DNA of 32,000 nt, taken from positions 1,931,220 through 1,963,219 of the forward strand of contig OY781039.1 in assembly GCA_963676105.1 (NCBI GenBank), given 5' to 3'. Shown in pieces: positions 28,415-32,000 of this stretch. Position numbers and translations under genes: made by a program. Below the pieces are notes generated by a model. It did not search any database, was not told the origin of the DNA, and saw only the letters and a list, made by a program, of their open reading frames with translations. The DNA is from Erysipelotrichaceae bacterium. Its GTDB lineage: Bacteria > Bacillota_I > Bacilli_A > Erysipelotrichales > Erysipelotrichaceae. The first letter of the stretch is position 1. Each line of letters opens with the position of its first letter.

Positions 28415-28850
28415 AAACTTCACCTGCACTTAATTTATATAAAAGATTTATCGTTTCATTGGCTTCATTTTGATAATGAATATTTAATAAATTATTATCT
28501 AATGACAATTTCAAATCGTAAGCATAGGCAATCGTTTCTCCACCATTTTCAAAGCGGGTAGGGTTAGTTGACACTTGTTCTTTTAGCTGATGATCTTCTT
28601 CATAAATTAAAATGTAATAAGATTCTAAATTAAAGACAAGCATAGACTCTTCAATGCTAATTGAATCTATAAAATCATTTTGTTTAATACGGTTATTAAA
28701 ATAAAGACGAATACTACGATCATTTAGTTCAACTTGTGTTTCAGTTTGGATTTTTTGACTAAGATTTGCACCATAAGAAATAAGCAAACTAGAAGCAATT
28801 ACTAAGATCAAAATCATTAAAAGAGAAAGGGCAGCACTATTTTTTTTCAT
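28407..28850 (-). CDS. small N-terminally anchored protein, ComGF-like candidate
   Basis: 147 aa. MKKNSAALSLLMILILVIASSLL anchor followed by a beta-rich domain whose layout recalls ComGF. AGGAGGGG SD upstream; TAATG overlap. Confidence 0.4.
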   Translation of the reverse strand: MKKNSAALSLLMILILVIASSLLISYGANLSQKIQTETQVELNDRSIRLYFNNRIKQNDFIDSISIEESMLVFNLESYYILIYEEDHQLKEQVSTNPTRFENGGETIAYAYDLKLSLDNNLLNIHYQNEANETINLLYKLSAGEVYE

Positions 28851-29140
28851 TAGTCATCCCCTCCTATTCGATAGATATGGATGGTAGGTCTGAAATTTGA
28901 TGCGAAAGCTTTATAAGTAACGACAAAGGAATCATCAACAACAATTCCATAGTTCTCAATTAAATAATCTAATTGTGCAGGATAAAAACCTTCTTGTGCA
29001 TAACAAAGTGTCAGCGCATTTTGTATCGCTGTTTCTAAGCTTTTTTGATTCAATGCCTTTTGTTCATCTTCCATTCTCATAATTAGAAAGAAACTTAGAA
29101 CTAAGGCAAGGATGAAGACAAGAACGGTTGTTTTTTTCAT
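28850..29140 (-). CDS. GspG/ComGC-like pseudopilin candidate lacking a class III (prepilin) signal
   Basis: 96 aa. MKKTTVLVFILALVLSFFLI anchor, a long helix, then YAQEGFYPAQLDYL (28961-29002), matching the Y...G.YP..L..L motif of GspG/ComGC-type pseudopilins. An in-frame TAA just upstream excludes a longer N-terminus. Confidence 0.5.
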   Translation of the reverse strand: MKKTTVLVFILALVLSFFLIMRMEDEQKALNQKSLETAIQNALTLCYAQEGFYPAQLDYLIENYGIVVDDSFVVTYKAFASNFRPTIHIYRIGGDD

Positions 29141-29143
29141 ACT

Positions 29144-30166
29144 TTATCCTAAGGTAGACATAACGTTTAATAATGGTAAGATCATTGAGAATACAATCGC
29201 AAAGACCATAGCCGTTAAGAGTGTAATTAACCATGGTTCAATTTTATTTAAACTCGTATTGAGTTGATTTTGGGCTTTTTGATTCAAAGAAACTGCTAAG
29301 TCCTCTAAAGCGTTTTCTAATTGACCTGCTTTAGCGGCGATATTTATAGTACTTAAATCAAGGGCTTCATATAAGGTGTTATTCAATAAGAGTTCATATA
29401 AACCTTCGGCAGGATCTAATTTTGATTTTGCGAGTTTAAGTTTTTCATCAAAGTTCTTACTACTATCATTTGCTTTAACTAAATCTAAGGCAGTGCGATT
29501 ATCAATCCCACCAGAGAGTGCCATATGAGCCATTGATGTATAATAGGCAACTTGTGTTGTTTCGTAGGCTTTTGGAAATAAACGCAAAATACGTGTTTCC
29601 CAGGAAGGATGATTTGATGGATCATTTTGATGATTGATTTCACCTAAACCAAACCAGATAACTAAAACCATATAAACAGCCATTAATGCGACACTAAATC
29701 CTTTAAGTATATATAAGAAGGCGCTTAAACTTGCGCTTTGACTGATGCCCAATTGGCTAAACAAATTTTGAAATAGCGGTAATATTGACCAAGCCATTAA
29801 AACTAAGATGACGCCAAAGATAGCCAATAAAATAATCGGTAAACTCAAACTCTCTTTTAAGAACTGTTTAAGTTCTGATTGACGATTGAAATGCTTAGTC
29901 ATTTGTTTAAAGAGCTTTTCTTCTTGACCAACTTTTTCTGCGATTTCTAATGAGTCAATAAAATACTGAGGAAAAGCTCCATCTTGTTTAAAGACATAGG
30001 ATAATTGAGGATTTTCATAGAAAGATACTTGCCAGGATTTAATGTCATAGAGTTCTAGATTTTCAAGTAGACTTAAACCTCTTTCAACATCTGTACCAGA
30101 TGCATAGAGATAAGATAATTGATGACATAAACTAGATAGTTCTTGTGCGGTATATTGTTTTTTCAT
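29144..30166 (-). CDS. PilC/ComGB/GspF-family platform protein
   Basis: 340 aa with two repeated cytoplasmic T2SS-F-like helical domains, each followed by TM segments. C-terminal ...MILPLLNVMSTLG. AAGGAGA SD upstream. Confidence 0.85.
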   Translation of the reverse strand: MKKQYTAQELSSLCHQLSYLYASGTDVERGLSLLENLELYDIKSWQVSFYENPQLSYVFKQDGAFPQYFIDSLEIAEKVGQEEKLFKQMTKHFNRQSELKQFLKESLSLPIILLAIFGVILVLMAWSILPLFQNLFSQLGISQSASLSAFLYILKGFSVALMAVYMVLVIWFGLGEINHQNDPSNHPSWETRILRLFPKAYETTQVAYYTSMAHMALSGGIDNRTALDLVKANDSSKNFDEKLKLAKSKLDPAEGLYELLLNNTLYEALDLSTINIAAKAGQLENALEDLAVSLNQKAQNQLNTSLNKIEPWLITLLTAMVFAIVFSMILPLLNVMSTLG

Positions 30167-30174
30167 AGGTCTCC

Positions 30175-31110
30175 TTAATAGTGATCTTGATCTTGATAAG
30201 TACCATCGTATTCACCCATGGAATCGAAGGTAGGATCAACTCTTTTCCATTCTTCACTTTCAAAATAGATACTTGGATTTATCCATCCTTTATCATCTAA
30301 ATAAACTTCAACCCATGCATGATAGCCCACATCAGTCATGCCTGTTATGATTCGAGTTGGAATATGTTGCGCTCTAAGCATTGCGGTCATTAAGGCTGCA
30401 TAATCAAAGCAGATACCTTTTTGGCTAATATAGGTTTCATCTACAATAGGTAAAATAAAGGTTTTTGAAGCCACCTCAGCCTTATCGTAATCATAAGTAA
30501 TATTCTCAGTAATGTAGGTATAGATTTCATAGACTCGTTGAAGATCACTTGTTGCTTCTTCTGTGAGTGTGAAGGATTCTAAAACTGCTTGTGTATTTTC
30601 ATCATAATTAATGATTTGATTCGGATAAAGATAAGGACTATTTTCATCATCTAGACTGACTTCAATATTTGTAGAAGCTAAAATACTATAACTTGTCCCA
30701 TCAACATTTCGTAATGCTCGAATGGTATATTCACCATTACCCATTTGAAGAGGTACAATAACATATTCATTTACCACTAAATCATACGTGTATATTAGAT
30801 CATCTAAGATAACTTGAACTTTTTGTTTTTGAGTACTATCAGGTGCTTTAATACTGACATAACCATAAGCTGCATTAGAGTAGTCGATAAGTATGCCATT
30901 ACTTTCAAAGATTGATGAGCCTGGCTGAGTCGGTAATAATAAATCATTAATGGTAAAAGAAGGTGAAGGTGTTCCAGCTTCTGGGTATTCATTTGAACTT
31001 ACTGTGGATGTACTTGGTTTTTCTTGTATTGTTCCACTACTTTCACTACAGCTACTTAAAAAGAGTAGAGTGCAAACGATTAAGTTGATATAAGTAAATG
31101 ATTTGTGCAT
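30175..31110 (-). CDS. transglutaminase-like (Cys-His-Asp papain-fold) lipoprotein
   Basis: Lipobox LLFLSSC|S. The catalytic core is GICFDYAALMTAMLRAQHIPTRIITG...GYHAWVEVYLDDKGWI...VDPT, giving the Cys, His, Asp triad in canonical order. Confidence 0.85.
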   Translation of the reverse strand: MHKSFTYINLIVCTLLFLSSCSESSGTIQEKPSTSTVSSNEYPEAGTPSPSFTINDLLLPTQPGSSIFESNGILIDYSNAAYGYVSIKAPDSTQKQKVQVILDDLIYTYDLVVNEYVIVPLQMGNGEYTIRALRNVDGTSYSILASTNIEVSLDDENSPYLYPNQIINYDENTQAVLESFTLTEEATSDLQRVYEIYTYITENITYDYDKAEVASKTFILPIVDETYISQKGICFDYAALMTAMLRAQHIPTRIITGMTDVGYHAWVEVYLDDKGWINPSIYFESEEWKRVDPTFDSMGEYDGTYQDQDHY

Positions 31111-31135
31111 AAATACCTATGTTTTTCTTAACTTA

Positions 31136-31144
31136 ATTATAGCA
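31136..31144 (-). promoter_or_regulatory. extended -10 promoter element (TGcTATAAT) for the pilus-like operon
   Basis: On the minus strand, gTGcTATAAT lies about 25 nt upstream of the ATG at 31110, directly downstream of the preceding gene's terminator. I found no good -35. Confidence 0.45.
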
Positions 31145-31145
31145 C

Positions 31146-31172
31146 TGAAAAAAAAGAGCCCGAGGGCTCTTT
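31146..31172 (-). terminator. rho-independent terminator after the surface-protein gene
   Basis: On the minus strand: aaagagcc-ctcg-ggctcttt followed by a T-run (tttttt). Confidence 0.85.
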
Positions 31173-31179
31173 CATATGA

Positions 31180-32000
31180 TTATAGTTGAATCATTGTATT
31201 GTATTCTTCGTCATAATCAGCTGGAATTACAACACTGTGAACAAGGTGGCCGCGAAGCACGAAGTTAACCGTTAAGTTACCTAAGTGTTTTGCGAGACGT
31301 TTGTAGATTGTCACATCAATAGTAGTGATATCAATTAAGTCTTTATCATTGAGTTCAACAATATAAACCGTTTGATCATCATCAGGTTTTGATAGACGTC
31401 TACGTAATGTCTTTTCAGTACCATCTTTTGTTTTGAGTGTGTATTTAATATTAGGTCTGATAAAGGCGAGAAGTAAAGGTAATAATCCTAGTAACCAATA
31501 CAACCAACTAAAGTCCATTGGAAGTGCTGCAAGAGGTGTTTCTTCAGGTTCTTCAACTTCAATCACACCTTGTGTAACACTAATTACAACATTGGCTGTA
31601 TTAGAATCTAATTCACCATCATTAGCGATAAAACTAAAGCTATCGCTGCCTACAAAACCGGTATTTGGTGTATAGGTGAATGATCCATCCTCATTGAATG
31701 TCAACGTACCATTTGATACATCTGATGTTAGTGAGAAGGTTAATGCATCACCATCAGCATCACTCGCGTTTGCTTGTCCACTAATAACTGTTTCATATTC
31801 TGTGGAGATATTTCCATCATTAGCAACTGGAGCTGTATTTAATGCAGCTAGAGGCGTAGGTGTAGGAGTGACTGTAACTGTTACTGGAGGTGTAGTAGGA
31901 GGAGTGGTAGGAGGTGTAACTGGAGGAGCAGGAGGAGCTGTAACAGTGATTGTAACTGTAACAACATTAGAATCTAATTCACCATCATTTGCATGATATG
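31180..32000 (-). CDS. large surface protein with cadherin-like/Ig-like tandem repeats, C-terminal part (5' end outside window)
   Basis: The track's TTG start at 31704 is internal; I translated the same frame and it stays open to 32000. Repeat unit: APVANDGNISTEYETVISGQANASDADGDALTFSL...NGTLTFNEDGSFTYTPNTGFVGSDSFSFIANDGELDSNTANVVISV. It also has a Pro/Thr linker, one TM helix (FSWLYWLLGLLPLLLAFI) and a ~95-aa tail. Confidence 0.8.
   Translation of the reverse strand, partial: YHANDGELDSNVVTVTITVTAPPAPPVTPPTTPPTTPPVTVTVTPTPTPLAALNTAPVANDGNISTEYETVISGQANASDADGDALTFSLTSDVSNGTLTFNEDGSFTYTPNTGFVGSDSFSFIANDGELDSNTANVVISVTQGVIEVEEPEETPLAALPMDFSWLYWLLGLLPLLLAFIRPNIKYTLKTKDGTEKTLRRRLSKPDDDQTVYIVELNDKDLIDITTIDVTIYKRLAKHLGNLTVNFVLRGHLVHSVVIPADYDEEYNTMIQL
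31601..31989. repeat. in-gene tandem repeat (366-nt period) of the surface-protein domain
   Basis: An identical 23-mer ttagaatctaattcaccatcatt occurs at 31601-31623 and 31967-31989. This corresponds to ...NDGELDSN... in successive repeat units. Confidence 0.7.

Noticed and set aside
1291-31675. Short ORFs from the six-frame track that lie inside or antisense to the large genes: 1291-1500, 1768-1962, 4750-4947, 5021-5272, 6038-6241, 7197-7391, 7293-7514, 12144-12434, 14183-14392, 14795-15007, 15691-15894, 16052-16261, 17268-17579, 22374-22577, 24938-25144, 26688-26960, 26918-27121, 30804-30992, 31433-31675.
   Set aside because: Each is fully overlapped by a longer ORF with clear family motifs. 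They have odd, low-complexity or Cys/His/Asn-rich composition typical of shadow frames in AT-rich DNA, and none has a Shine-Dalgarno.
31676-31996. 106-aa plus-strand ORF rich in GVGVTVTVTGGVVGG.
   Set aside because: It is the antisense shadow of the Pro/Thr linker and cadherin-like repeat of the minus-strand surface protein. That protein's frame is open through the whole region.
1-32000. Mollicutes genetic code 4 (TGA as Trp), and any CRISPR array, IS element or transposase, integrase, prophage, tRNA or rRNA.
   Set aside because: All long ORFs are intact under the standard code, with TGA used as a stop (for example 15935-15937 and 22858-22860) and TGG for Trp. I saw no regularly spaced direct repeats, no terminal inverted repeats flanking a transposase-like ORF, and no cloverleaf-sized conserved RNA in the short intergenic regions.

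Overview
AT-rich, gene-dense bacterial chromosome segment. It uses the standard genetic code: TGA is a stop and Trp is TGG. Lipoprotein signals, no LPXTG anchor and the gene content suggest a low-GC Firmicute or wall-less relative (Erysipelotrichia or Acholeplasma-like), but this placement is only an inference. Positions 1-19.6 kb are mostly housekeeping: a V/A-type ATPase operon in the order C-I-K-F-E-A-B-D, a small HTH-like ORF, an orphan ptsI, pflB-pflA behind a perfect TGTGA-N6-TCACA operator, a proC-azlC-azlD operon, DUF2721 and DUF3048 proteins, and an EamA transporter followed by an M32 carboxypeptidase. Two accessory blocks stand out. (1) 20.3-25.2 kb, minus strand: a consensus promoter and a roughly 125-nt structured leader with an internal terminator. 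These precede a translationally coupled trio of an ICMT/PEMT-like membrane methyltransferase, a GH3-family adenylating enzyme, and a multi-TM protein with a degenerate GGDEF (AGDIF) and an intact HD-GYP domain. A CYTH-like gene follows behind a terminator. (2) 26.6-31.1 kb, minus strand: a seven-gene operon bracketed by terminators and resembling ComG/type IV filament systems. It is headed by a transglutaminase-like lipoprotein, followed by a PilC/ComGB-like platform and four small N-terminally anchored proteins that lack a canonical prepilin motif. It ends in a PilT-type ATPase, and the window contains no PilB/ComGA-type ATPase or prepilin peptidase. A large cadherin-like repeat surface protein lies just upstream and runs off the window. 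I saw no rRNA, tRNA, CRISPR array, transposase or integrase. All family calls rest on motifs read by eye, not on database searches.
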